Shown in pieces: positions 25,808 to 35,227 of a DNA stretch of 43,074 bases; the first letter of the stretch is position 1; each line of letters begins with the position of its first letter. The DNA lies in assembly GCA_050114795.1 (NCBI GenBank), contig JASFRS010000002.1, positions 1-43,074 of the forward strand, written 5' to 3'. This DNA is from Sphingomonadales bacterium. GTDB lineage: Bacteria > Pseudomonadota > Alphaproteobacteria > Sphingomonadales > CAKZYD01. The translations under genes and the position numbers were made by a program. The notes below the pieces were generated by a model. It was not told the DNA's origin and searched no databases. It saw only the letters and a program-made list of their open reading frames with translations.

Positions 25808-26944
25808 TTACAAAAGGCTGAGCTGAACTGGCCCACTATTCTGAGGGGTAAAGGATGCGGTATTAATGGGGCCGGAGCGAGCTCCAAGCCCATAGCGTTT
25901 GGCAGTGAGGCGGAAGCGTTTCGCAAGCATAAGAGCATAAGCGCCTTCACCTTTCATCCGATTGCCAAAGTGTGGGTCATTTAACTTGCCGCCACGCATT
26001 GAGGCGAGAATGTTCATGACCTTTGTAGCTCGGTCGGGGTAATGTTGACGTAACCATTGTTGGAATAAATCCTTCACTTCATAGGGCAGGCGCAGCGTTA
26101 TGTAATTTGCCTCCAAAGCTCCAGCGTCCGCGGCGGCTGCTAATACCCACTCCATCTCATGGTCGTTTAATCCAGGAATGACAGGTGCAAACATCACGGC
26201 TGTTTTTACGCCAGCTTTTGAGAGAGCTGCGATGGCGTCCAGGCGTCTTGCCGGTGTTGAGGCCCGGGGTTCCATTAGGCGCGCTAATCGATGGTCTAGA
26301 GTGGTAACGGAGAGGGCCACTTTTATCAAATCATGGGCTGCCATCGCTTCCAACAGGTCCAAATCCCGCGTTATTGAATGAGATTTGGTGACAATTGTAA
26401 CCGGGTGCTTTGCTTCAAAAAGGACTTCTAAAATACCTCTCGTGATTTTAAAGCGCTGTTCAATCGGTTGATAAGGATCTGTATTTGTGCCCAGGGCGAT
26501 GGGGGCGACTTTATATCCTGGTGCGGAAATCTCTTTGCGCAGGAGCGCAGGTGCTTCTGGTTTGGCATAAAGCTTTTCTTCAAAATCAAGGCCTGGGGAA
26601 TGGCCAAGGAAGCTATGACTTGGGCGCGCGAAGCAATAAATACAGCCATGTTCACATCCACGATAGGCGTTGATGGAGCGGTCAAAAGGAATGTCTGGGG
26701 ACGTATTATAAGTGATAGCGCTACGGCTGCTATCTATGCTGACATGGGTGCGGCGGCTTTGTTCGCTTTCTTCAATTGTGCCCCAGCCATCATCGAAATT
26801 ACTAATTTGATGGGGTTCAAAGCGTCCCTGTGCATTTGATAATGCGCCGCGTCCTCTAACTCTCTTATCTTTGCGCCGCGCAGCTTCCGCCCGGGCATAT
26901 TCCGGGCTGGACATCTGTTTTAAAAGGGCAGGGCTTTGACCCAT
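25808..26944 (-). CDS. PA0069-family radical SAM protein
   Basis: CEHGCIYCF (CxxxCxxC) cluster motif. The N-terminal RGRGALSNAQGRFE segment is typical of this family (from memory). Confidence 0.85.
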   Translation of the reverse strand: MGQSPALLKQMSSPEYARAEAARRKDKRVRGRGALSNAQGRFEPHQISNFDDGWGTIEESEQSRRTHVSIDSSRSAITYNTSPDIPFDRSINAYRGCEHGCIYCFARPSHSFLGHSPGLDFEEKLYAKPEAPALLRKEISAPGYKVAPIALGTNTDPYQPIEQRFKITRGILEVLFEAKHPVTIVTKSHSITRDLDLLEAMAAHDLIKVALSVTTLDHRLARLMEPRASTPARRLDAIAALSKAGVKTAVMFAPVIPGLNDHEMEWVLAAAADAGALEANYITLRLPYEVKDLFQQWLRQHYPDRATKVMNILASMRGGKLNDPHFGNRMKGEGAYALMLAKRFRLTAKRYGLGARSGPINTASFTPQNSGPVQLSLL

Positions 26945-27041
26945 GGTCTAGACTCACTTGTCTTGTTTCTACTCTTATCATAAGGCAAAAATAGAACAAA
27001 ACAAGAACAATTGAGTCTGCTATTGAAACCAAGACCTTAGG

Positions 27042-27569
27042 TTATTTTTCCAACAATCGTGGCATCAATTCGACAAAATTACAGGGACGGTGGCGGATAT
27101 CGAGCTGTTCTCTTAGGATACCATCCCAGCCGTCTTTCACAGCGCCAGTGGAGCCGGGGAGGGCAAAGAGATAAGTGCCACCCGCAACGCCGCCGGTTGC
27201 TCTAGATTGTATTGTTGATGTGCCGATGAATTTATAGCTCAGCATACGAAACAACTCGCCAAAACCTTTAATCTCTTTGTCATAGACGGCTTCAAAAGCT
27301 TCCGGTGTGATGTCGCGCCCCGTGACGCCTGTGCCGCCTGTGGAAATGACAACGTCAACGCCATCATCCGCAACCCAAGTTTTTAACTGGCTAATGATTT
27401 CATCTTTTTCATCTGGGATAATTTTCCGCGCAGCAAGCTTATGTCCGGCATCAGTCAGCCTTTGAACCAAAGTATCGCCTGAGCGGTCGTCTTCAGGTCC
27501 ACGTGTGTCGGAAACGGTCAAAACCGCAATATTAACCGGAACGAACGTCCGACTTTCATCAATCGCCAT
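27042..27569 (-). CDS. moaB: molybdenum cofactor biosynthesis protein B
   Basis: MoaB/Mog fold pattern: [16 protein letters not shown]...[19 protein letters not shown]...LPGSTGAV. Confidence 0.85.
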   Translation of the reverse strand: MAIDESRTFVPVNIAVLTVSDTRGPEDDRSGDTLVQRLTDAGHKLAARKIIPDEKDEIISQLKTWVADDGVDVVISTGGTGVTGRDITPEAFEAVYDKEIKGFGELFRMLSYKFIGTSTIQSRATGGVAGGTYLFALPGSTGAVKDGWDGILREQLDIRHRPCNFVELMPRLLEK

Positions 27570-27584
27570 GGGATATGCCTTTAA

Positions 27585-29381
27585 TTAGTTTAGCAGCGCT
27601 GCAACCGCGCCTGCCGGTTTTACGATTTGCTCTTCATCTTGCGCTTCATAGGTCGGCCAGGCACCGGATGCAACGGCGTCCAGACTTGGCGTGTCCTGGC
27701 CAAAGCGTGAACGATAGAGCCAATAATTTGACATCACATATTCAATATAATTCCGCGTTTCCAGACGCGGAATGGATTCAATGAAGAGCAGTGGGTCGTC
27801 TTTGAATTCAGTGTTCTTTATCCAGCGCGATAAATTGCCCGGCCCACCGTTATAGGCCGCGAGAACCATGAATAAATTGCCATAGGTCACATCGTGGTCA
27901 GAAAGATAAACCAAGTAACGCTGCCCAAGTGACATGTTAAATTCAGGGTCATAAAGCCGTTGTTCTCTATCGCGAACCAATTTTCTGTCCTTGGCGATAA
28001 AGCTGGCGGTGCGCGGCATGACTTGCATGAGACCACGTGCTCCGGCATGGCTGCGTGCCCAGGAGGCAAAGCGGCTTTCCTGACGGATTAAGGCATAGAC
28101 CAAAGCACGGTCCATCGAGAAGCCTTCTTGGGGCTGCCATCCTGGCTCAGGATATAAGGCGCTTAAAGGCGTGTCTTCTTTATGAGGTTTGCCCTCTGCA
28201 ATGCGAACCTGGCTTTCTGGTAAATCAAGGCTGGTTGCTAATTTGATAAGGGGCCAAAAGTCTTTTGCTTTGCCAATCTTCCAAGCGGTCCGAACTTCCC
28301 GGTCCGCCATTTCAGCCTCACCGATTTGAATGAGTGCGATAGCGCGCTTTACGGTAGCTTTATCTTTTATCAGCGCCCAGTCTTCATCGGTTAGTCCATA
28401 GACTTCCCAGTTTCGAGGTTGGGAAATATGAAGCTGTCGTGCAGCAATTTGGCCGTAAAAAGTTAAGTCATAAAGTGCAGCCTGGCGAAGGTGAGGATAA
28501 GCTTCAGCCGGTTTTTCGCATACGAGATTAGCACGGGCGGCCCAAAAAGCACCGGCTGCCAAAATGTCTTCATTGGCATCAGATGTGTGAGAGATTTCTG
28601 CAAAATGCCGACCTGCCCTTAAACAATCATCCTGACGCCAAGCCGCAAGGCCCGCAACCCAATGGGGCGCGAAATTATGGCGCTTGCTGAGTTCTGCAGT
28701 GCGTGATGCTATATCTAACGCTTTGATATCATTGCCATAGTCATACCAGGCACGCGCTAGGCGACCGCCCATATTTCCGATTTCATCTGGGGACAACAGA
28801 TCTTTTTCAATGATTTCAAAGAGGGCTTTGCCTGCTTTGGTTAGGCGTGTACGGCTGACATCACGATAAAATTGACGGCGGAAATTTCTAACGGTCCGAC
28901 TCTCCCGGCTGGTTCGGGCTTTCTCCGTGGCTTCCAGGCCCTCTTCGCCCAATTTCCCGTTTTCAGCAAAAGGCCGCTTGGGTGCGCGTGCATTTCCTTG
29001 ACGCCGTTTAGCCAGTTTATAAACGCGCGCGGCATTTGGGTGGTCGGCGTATTTGCTCATCCATTTTGATAGTTCGGAATAGCGGGAACGGTATTTCGTA
29101 GGATGCATATAACGCAGATATTGCACATGCCCCATAAGAATTGGATTTTCGACCTGCTTGATCAGCTTGTCAGCCTTGTTCCATTCGCCTTTCTCATGAA
29201 GTTCCCAGATGCTGCGGTACAATTCGACATCGCGCGGGCCTAGTTCTTTCATATCCTGCCACAGGCCTGCTTCTGGCGGCTGAGGTTTGGGAAGTGGCGC
29301 CTTGTTTGCAGCGCTTAAAACAACCCCTAGCATGAATATGCCAAGGGCTTTTACAATAAGTCTGCTCAACTGATTGCGCAT
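27585..29381 (-). CDS. soluble lytic murein transglycosylase-like protein
   Basis: N-terminal signal peptide and a long helical superhelix region. The C-terminal SLT domain carries IRQESRF, GARGLMQVMP and AYNGGPGN. ATG 29381 is preferred over GTG 29384, with GAGGAAG upstream. It is translationally coupled to udg. Confidence 0.85.
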   Translation of the reverse strand: MRNQLSRLIVKALGIFMLGVVLSAANKAPLPKPQPPEAGLWQDMKELGPRDVELYRSIWELHEKGEWNKADKLIKQVENPILMGHVQYLRYMHPTKYRSRYSELSKWMSKYADHPNAARVYKLAKRRQGNARAPKRPFAENGKLGEEGLEATEKARTSRESRTVRNFRRQFYRDVSRTRLTKAGKALFEIIEKDLLSPDEIGNMGGRLARAWYDYGNDIKALDIASRTAELSKRHNFAPHWVAGLAAWRQDDCLRAGRHFAEISHTSDANEDILAAGAFWAARANLVCEKPAEAYPHLRQAALYDLTFYGQIAARQLHISQPRNWEVYGLTDEDWALIKDKATVKRAIALIQIGEAEMADREVRTAWKIGKAKDFWPLIKLATSLDLPESQVRIAEGKPHKEDTPLSALYPEPGWQPQEGFSMDRALVYALIRQESRFASWARSHAGARGLMQVMPRTASFIAKDRKLVRDREQRLYDPEFNMSLGQRYLVYLSDHDVTYGNLFMVLAAYNGGPGNLSRWIKNTEFKDDPLLFIESIPRLETRNYIEYVMSNYWLYRSRFGQDTPSLDAVASGAWPTYEAQDEEQIVKPAGAVAALLN

Positions 29382-29383
29382 CA

Positions 29384-30157
29384 CTATCCTACTTCCTCAA
29401 GCTTTGCTTTTACGCTTAGAAAATCCTGCCATGCCAAGCCCTTTAACGCCGGTTGTCGCAATAAATATGCGGGATGGAAAACAGGTAATGTCGGTATTAA
29501 CGTCTTACCTGCGGAATAGTCCTTCCACCGCCCGCGTAGCCGGGTAATGCCAGCCTGGCTTTCTAATAAGCTAGCCGCGGATGTCCCGCCTAACAAGACT
29601 AGAAGTTTTGGCTGCACCAGTTCTATATGTCTTTTGATAAAGGGCAGGCATATGGCGGTTTCCAGGGGCGTTGGCTTGCGATTGCCTGGTGGACGCCAAA
29701 AAATCGTGTTTGAAATATAGACTGAATTACGGTCGAGACCGATAGCTGCAAGCATTAGGTCCAGTAATTGCCCTGATGCACCGACAAAGGGTAAGCCCTT
29801 CAAATCTTCATCTCGCCCCGGTGCCTCTCCAACTAGCATCACTGATGCTTCCGGATTTCCGTCGGAAAAGACCAGATTGGTTGCAGTCTTTTTTAAGGGG
29901 CAGCCGTCAAAGGCTTCAAGCGCTTTGCGCAGCTCATCCAGGCTTTGACATTGATTGGCGATGGCTTCCGCTTCTGCAGCATCACTGTTTTGTGCGGCCG
30001 CTATTGGGGTGGGTGCAGACTTGGCAGCATTGGTTTGGACAGCTTCTTGTTGAAGAAGCCGGTTGATCGGCTCGTCTTCTATGGCTTCATCGGCTCCGGC
30101 TTCAACAAGCCAGGCTAATGCATCCAAAGCTTCCTGTCTCTCTTCCCACGCCTGCAT
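29384..30157 (-). CDS. family 4 uracil-DNA glycosylase with an N-terminal extension
   Basis: [26 protein letters not shown] motif, and a late HPAYLLR motif. About 90 aa of acidic or low-complexity N-terminal extension. Confidence 0.85.
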   Translation of the reverse strand: MQAWEERQEALDALAWLVEAGADEAIEDEPINRLLQQEAVQTNAAKSAPTPIAAAQNSDAAEAEAIANQCQSLDELRKALEAFDGCPLKKTATNLVFSDGNPEASVMLVGEAPGRDEDLKGLPFVGASGQLLDLMLAAIGLDRNSVYISNTIFWRPPGNRKPTPLETAICLPFIKRHIELVQPKLLVLLGGTSAASLLESQAGITRLRGRWKDYSAGKTLIPTLPVFHPAYLLRQPALKGLAWQDFLSVKAKLEEVG

Positions 30158-30432
30158 GAACGGCCTATATCCTACCTAATACGCATTTACTGCACAGATT
30201 AGCTATGTAGCCGGTGTTTTTGCAATAAAACAAAGGCTAAGATGTACAGTTTATGAGATTTAGCCTGATAAGCGGTTAATGGCATATGCAGAGGGCTTTG
30301 GGAATGACTGCACGCGAAAATGTGAATAAAATTACCTAAATGTCGCACACTGCTGCATTGCACCATTGAGTTTATGTCGCCACAATATCTATAAAGGCTA
30401 AAATGACTGATAAGAAAATTGGGGTCTGATGT

Positions 30433-32088
30433 ATGAAACGTGAGTCAATGCAATATGATGTCGTCATCGTTGGTGGCGGCCCGGCAGGACTATCCGCAGC
30501 AATCCGTTTGAAACAATTGGCGGCGGAGCAGGAACAGGAAATCTCTGTCTGCGTTTTGGAAAAAGGCTCTGAAATTGGCGCTCATATTCTATCGGGTGCT
30601 GTGATTGACCCTGTTTATCTCAATGAACTCATTCCGGATTGGAAAGAAAAGGGCGCACCGCTCAATACGCCTGTAACATCCAACCATCATTGGGTGTTGA
30701 CTGAAAAGAAAAAGATTGAATTCCCGCACTTTCTTTTGCCGCCTCTCATGTCAAATAAAGGGAATTACACGGTTTCCCTTGGCAATGTCTGCCGCTGGCT
30801 TGCGGAACAGGCTGAGGCGCTGGAGGTTGAGATATACCCTGGTTTCGCTGCTGCTGAAGTTCTTTACCATGAAGATGGATCCGTCAAAGGTGTGGCAACA
30901 GGGGATATGGGTGTTGCACGCGATGGCAGTCATAAGCCCAGTTATGAACCAGGTATAGAGCTGCACGGAAAATACACATTTTTTGCAGAAGGGGCTCGTG
31001 GCAGCCTGTCCAAACAGGTGATGAAAAAATTCAACCTGCGCGATGGCGTGCAGCCGCAAACTTTTGGAATTGGCATTAAAGAATTATGGGAAGTGGAGCC
31101 TGAGAAACATAAAGCAGGCACAGTTATCCATACGCAGGGTTGGCCATTGAAAGAGGCCTGGGGTGGTGGTTTCATCTATCACCAGGAAAATAACCAAGTG
31201 GCCATCGGGTTCGTCGTCGCCCTTGATTATAAGAACCCCTATTTGTCGCCTTATGATGAAATGCAGCGCTATAAAACACATCCGGCCATTAAACCTTTGC
31301 TGGAAGGTGCTCGGCGCATTTCTTATGGCGCGCGGGCTATCAATGAAGGCGGCTATCAATCCGTGCCGAAATTGGCGTTTCCGGGCGGCGCGCTGATTGG
31401 CTGCTCAGCGGGCTTTTTGAACGTGCCGCGTATTAAAGGCTCTCATAACGCTATGAAAAGCGGAATGATGGCAGCCGAAGCAGCTTTTGAAAAACTCAAA
31501 GCAGGCAGTGAAGGCAAGGATGAACTCACCGCTTATCAACAAGCTTATGACAGTTCCAAAATCAAAAAAGAACTGCATATGGTGCGCAATGCGGAACCTG
31601 CCGTTGCAAAATTTGGTGGGTTCTGGGGTACTTTATATTCCGGCTTGGATTTGTGGCTGAATAATCTTGGTTTGGGCTTCTTGATGCCTTGGACAATGGG
31701 TCATCATGCGGACTATAAATCGCTGGGCAAGAAAAGCGATTATCACCCCATTAACTATCCCAAGCCAGATGGTGTTGTAACCTTTGATAAATTGTCTTCG
31801 GTCTTTTTGTCGAACACCAATCATGAGGAAGACCAGCCTATTCACTTAACGCTTAAAGATCCCAGCATTCCTGTGAATGTAAATCTGGCCGAATATGATG
31901 GTCCGGAGCAACGCTATTGCCCCGCAGGCGTTTATGAATTTGTCGGCGTTGAAGAAGGTGAGCCTAAGCTGCAAATCAATGCGCAGAATTGTGTTCACTG
32001 TAAAACCTGCGATATTAAAGACCCGATGCAGAATATAAACTGGGTGGTGCCCGAAGGGGGCGGGGGACCAAATTATCCCAATATGTAA
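30433..32088 (+). CDS. electron transfer flavoprotein-ubiquinone oxidoreductase
   Basis: FAD motif [14 protein letters not shown]. The C-terminal 4Fe-4S region is [10 protein letters not shown]...[16 protein letters not shown]...[10 protein letters not shown]. Confidence 0.92.
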   Translation: MKRESMQYDVVIVGGGPAGLSAAIRLKQLAAEQEQEISVCVLEKGSEIGAHILSGAVIDPVYLNELIPDWKEKGAPLNTPVTSNHHWVLTEKKKIEFPHFLLPPLMSNKGNYTVSLGNVCRWLAEQAEALEVEIYPGFAAAEVLYHEDGSVKGVATGDMGVARDGSHKPSYEPGIELHGKYTFFAEGARGSLSKQVMKKFNLRDGVQPQTFGIGIKELWEVEPEKHKAGTVIHTQGWPLKEAWGGGFIYHQENNQVAIGFVVALDYKNPYLSPYDEMQRYKTHPAIKPLLEGARRISYGARAINEGGYQSVPKLAFPGGALIGCSAGFLNVPRIKGSHNAMKSGMMAAEAAFEKLKAGSEGKDELTAYQQAYDSSKIKKELHMVRNAEPAVAKFGGFWGTLYSGLDLWLNNLGLGFLMPWTMGHHADYKSLGKKSDYHPINYPKPDGVVTFDKLSSVFLSNTNHEEDQPIHLTLKDPSIPVNVNLAEYDGPEQRYCPAGVYEFVGVEEGEPKLQINAQNCVHCKTCDIKDPMQNINWVVPEGGGGPNYPNM

Positions 32089-32119
32089 AGAATTGCTGTG
32101 ATATAATGCAATTTTGCGC

Positions 32120-33856
32120 ATGAACGGAAGGGGAGATGACGGTTTGCGCCGCTTTGTCAAAATTCTGACAGCCTTTGTGGCTGCAACAGGCGTTGGAGCT
32201 TGTGAAACAAGTTATCCGGGCTTTAATCCGGACGCTTATCGCACAGGGCTGCATGCCTATTCTGCGGGGCAAGCTGCTCTGATTTCCCGTGATACTAATA
32301 CGGCTGCGGATTATTATCTCACTGCGCTCGCGCATGATCCGGATAACAGCTATATCCGTGGTCGCGCTTTTGAACTCCTCATTTCAAATGGCCGATTTGA
32401 TGAGGCACGCGCTATTGATGGTGGCTTGCCTCCGGGCCGTGCAGCCTATGGCATCAGCCGCATGTTGAAAGTCGTCGATGCTGTTATCGACGAAGATTAT
32501 GAAAGTGCTGAAGCAGCCCTTAATGCAGCAAGTGGAACTGGCTTTGATGGCTTGATTAAACCCGTTGTCTTGGCTTGGATTAAGGCCGGAGCGGGCCAGA
32601 AGTCAGAGGCCATGGATGCCCTTACCCCGTTGATCGCTAGACCTGCAGCACTTTCCCAGTTTGCTAAAGAGCATAGGGCCATGATCCTTGCTTATCTTGG
32701 AAAATGGGATGAGGCTGAACGCGCTTATCAAGATGTGATTGATCTAAGTGGGCGGACATCGCCACGTATTGTCTTGGACTATGCAGCGCGGCTTGCACAG
32801 CGCAAGGACTGGAAGGGTGCTAAAGCCGTTTTGGCACCATTGGCAGCGCAAAACCCTGATGTGGTTAGATTGTCCCATGTGCTGGAACAGATAGAAAAGA
32901 AAAAACAGCCGGAGATACTTTCTCACTCCCCCGCTGCGGGAATTGCTGAGGCGCTCTATCGCATATCGACGGAGATGATTAATCGAGCAACGGCACCAAC
33001 AGCCATATTATATGCGCGCTTAGCAACCGAACTGCACCCCGGATTTGATGACGCGTATTACCTTATCGGTGAAGTCTTGGACGCCCAGGATTTGCACCTG
33101 GATGCTTATCGTGCGTTCAGCCAGGTCTCAAAACACTCAGGGCAGTGGTTATATGCGCAGTTGCAATTAGCGAATCTCTTGGCCGATATGGATGATCGGA
33201 AGGCAGGCATTGCTTTGGTCAAGGGCCTTTTGAAAGACCATCCAGATTATGCTATTGCCCATATCACATTAGGTGATCTGTATCGTACTGCAGAAGAATT
33301 CGAGCCTGCAAGTGATGCCTATACTGCCGCAATTTTGCTAGATGACAAAAAAGGGAAGGCGAACTGGGTTCTCTACTATTCCCGTGGGATTGCTTATGAA
33401 CGTTTGAATAAGTGGCCCCAAGCAGAGGCTGATTTCAAAAAAGCACTGGAAATCAAGCCGGATAACCCATTTGTTTTGAATTATCTGGGGTATAGCTGGA
33501 TTGACCGTGGCATGCACTATGAGGTCGCGCGAAAGATGATTGAAAAGGCGGTCGAACAACGCCCCAACGACGGATATATGGTGGACAGCCTGGGTTGGGC
33601 GCTTTATCTGAGCGGTGAATATGAAGAAGCCGTTGGCGTTTTGGAGCAGGCCGTTGCGCTGCAGCCTGGAGATGCGACTATCAATGATCATTTAGGCGAT
33701 GCCTATTGGAAGATTGGCCGCCGGATAGAAGCGCGTCATAAATGGAAACACACCTTGGGTTTGGATGCGGATGAAGATCTAATCGCAAAGGTGAATGAAA
33801 AACTGGACTTGGGCCTCGATAACGTGGAAGTGGGCGAAGTCCGCACGGACAATTGA
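32120..33856 (+). CDS. tetratricopeptide-repeat lipoprotein
   Basis: Lipoprotein signal RRFVKILTAFVAATGVGAC. Multiple TPR units (for example YYSRGIAYERLNKWPQAEADFKKALEIKPDN). The start is uncertain: TTG 32114 (track), ATG 32120, or TTG 32144, which has AAGGGGAG 8 nt upstream. Confidence 0.8.
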   Translation: MNGRGDDGLRRFVKILTAFVAATGVGACETSYPGFNPDAYRTGLHAYSAGQAALISRDTNTAADYYLTALAHDPDNSYIRGRAFELLISNGRFDEARAIDGGLPPGRAAYGISRMLKVVDAVIDEDYESAEAALNAASGTGFDGLIKPVVLAWIKAGAGQKSEAMDALTPLIARPAALSQFAKEHRAMILAYLGKWDEAERAYQDVIDLSGRTSPRIVLDYAARLAQRKDWKGAKAVLAPLAAQNPDVVRLSHVLEQIEKKKQPEILSHSPAAGIAEALYRISTEMINRATAPTAILYARLATELHPGFDDAYYLIGEVLDAQDLHLDAYRAFSQVSKHSGQWLYAQLQLANLLADMDDRKAGIALVKGLLKDHPDYAIAHITLGDLYRTAEEFEPASDAYTAAILLDDKKGKANWVLYYSRGIAYERLNKWPQAEADFKKALEIKPDNPFVLNYLGYSWIDRGMHYEVARKMIEKAVEQRPNDGYMVDSLGWALYLSGEYEEAVGVLEQAVALQPGDATINDHLGDAYWKIGRRIEARHKWKHTLGLDADEDLIAKVNEKLDLGLDNVEVGEVRTDN

Positions 33857-33862
33857 ATATTT

Positions 33863-34735
33863 ATGCCCCAGTCTTGTGTTGAAATCGCACCTGCAAAGAT
33901 CAATCTTTATCTAGAAATCACGGGTCGTCGCCCAAATGGCTATCATGACCTGGATAGTCTTGTCGTGTTCGCCGATGTTGGTGAGCGCTTGATTGCCGCT
34001 GAATCAGATGACTTGACTCTGGATATCACAGGCCCCTGGGCGGGTGCCTTGGATGGTGAGGCTGATAATCTTATCCTACGTGCGGCACGACTTCTGAAAG
34101 ATAAAACAGGTATTAATCGCGGTGTTCATTTCACACTCGATAAACATATTCCTGTCGCTGCGGGGGTTGGCGGCGGGTCTGCAGACGCCGCCGCCGCTCT
34201 ACGCGCTTTAAATAAACTTTGGGCTTTGGAATTAAGTGAAGTGGAATTGTGCGAGGTTGGCCTCAGCCTTGGCGCTGACGTACCGGTTTGTGTGCGATCT
34301 AGAACTAGTCGCTTTCTCGGTATTGGAGATATTTGCCTGGATGCGCCTCCTTTACCTAAAGGGTTGGGATTGTTGCTTGTCAATCCACGGGTTGTTGTAA
34401 ATACGAGAGATGTTTTCAAAGCGGCTGTGCTAAATGGTGGAGGTAATATTGAAAGCCTCTCGCCTTTTAGGGATTTTAACACGCTTAAAAGTTGGTTGGA
34501 AGGCAGGCGAAACGATTTAGAAGGACCTGCCAAAGCGTTGGAGCCTGTTATAGAGGATTGTCTGCATGTCCTTAGGGAGGGACATGATGACGCCTTTGTT
34601 GCAATGAGTGGAAGTGGCGCAACATGCTTCGCTCTTTATGATCAAGAAAATGTCGCATGCAATATGCAAAGCATATTGCAACAAAAACATGAATGCTGGT
34701 GGTCATGGGCAGGGCCGCTTTTTCCAGGATTGTGA
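33863..34735 (+). CDS. ispE: 4-(cytidine 5'-diphospho)-2-C-methyl-D-erythritol kinase
   Basis: APAKINLYLEITGRRPNGYHDL start and the GHMP kinase motif PVAAGVGGGSADAAAAL. Confidence 0.9.
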   Translation: MPQSCVEIAPAKINLYLEITGRRPNGYHDLDSLVVFADVGERLIAAESDDLTLDITGPWAGALDGEADNLILRAARLLKDKTGINRGVHFTLDKHIPVAAGVGGGSADAAAALRALNKLWALELSEVELCEVGLSLGADVPVCVRSRTSRFLGIGDICLDAPPLPKGLGLLLVNPRVVVNTRDVFKAAVLNGGGNIESLSPFRDFNTLKSWLEGRRNDLEGPAKALEPVIEDCLHVLREGHDDAFVAMSGSGATCFALYDQENVACNMQSILQQKHECWWSWAGPLFPGL

Positions 34736-34913
34736 TCAAATATCCCTTGTGATTGCCCGTAAATATCGTTAATAACTCCGGCCTATCAGGTGGGTTTTGT
34801 ATTTTCGAGTACTGATTTGGAGTGCCGTGCTGGCACTTTGTTGTGATTTTAACTCTTTGTACTTTTAATTGAGGTTAAATCACAGGTCTTAGTATCATGG
34901 TAAATGGACGGTA

Positions 34914-35132
34914 ATGAAAATGCAGAACGGTACAATAAACAAATACGCCTCCTTAGCTGGGGGAGCCATTTTGGTTTTTGGCTTAAGTATTGTTTCTGCT
35001 GTCAGTACGGCTTCAGCGCCTGGAATTACCTCTAGCTCTATTTTACATTCACCTGAATATCAATTCAGGCAGGACCTAACGGAACTTGATGCGTCCATCA
35101 TCGAATTAACCTACCCTTCCTCACAAAAATAG
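34914..35132 (+). CDS. hypothetical small secreted protein
   Basis: A 72-aa ORF with a signal-peptide-like segment (ASLAGGAILVFGLSIVSAVSTASA). No clear RBS and no recognisable family. Confidence 0.3.
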   Translation: MKMQNGTINKYASLAGGAILVFGLSIVSAVSTASAPGITSSSILHSPEYQFRQDLTELDASIIELTYPSSQK

Positions 35133-35227
35133 CGCTGGACTAAGCCCGAAGTGGCTTGACCTCGCCCTGTGATCTGTCGATAACAGGATCAAATGCTAGT
35201 TAATGTAGTGAATCAAAGACTCACCCA

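Noticed and set aside
25730-25984. An 84-aa plus-strand ORF spanning the end of the radical SAM gene and the structured intergenic region.
   Set aside because: It mostly overlaps the 3' end of the radical SAM CDS on the opposite strand. It has no RBS, and the region is better explained as RNA structure on the minus strand.
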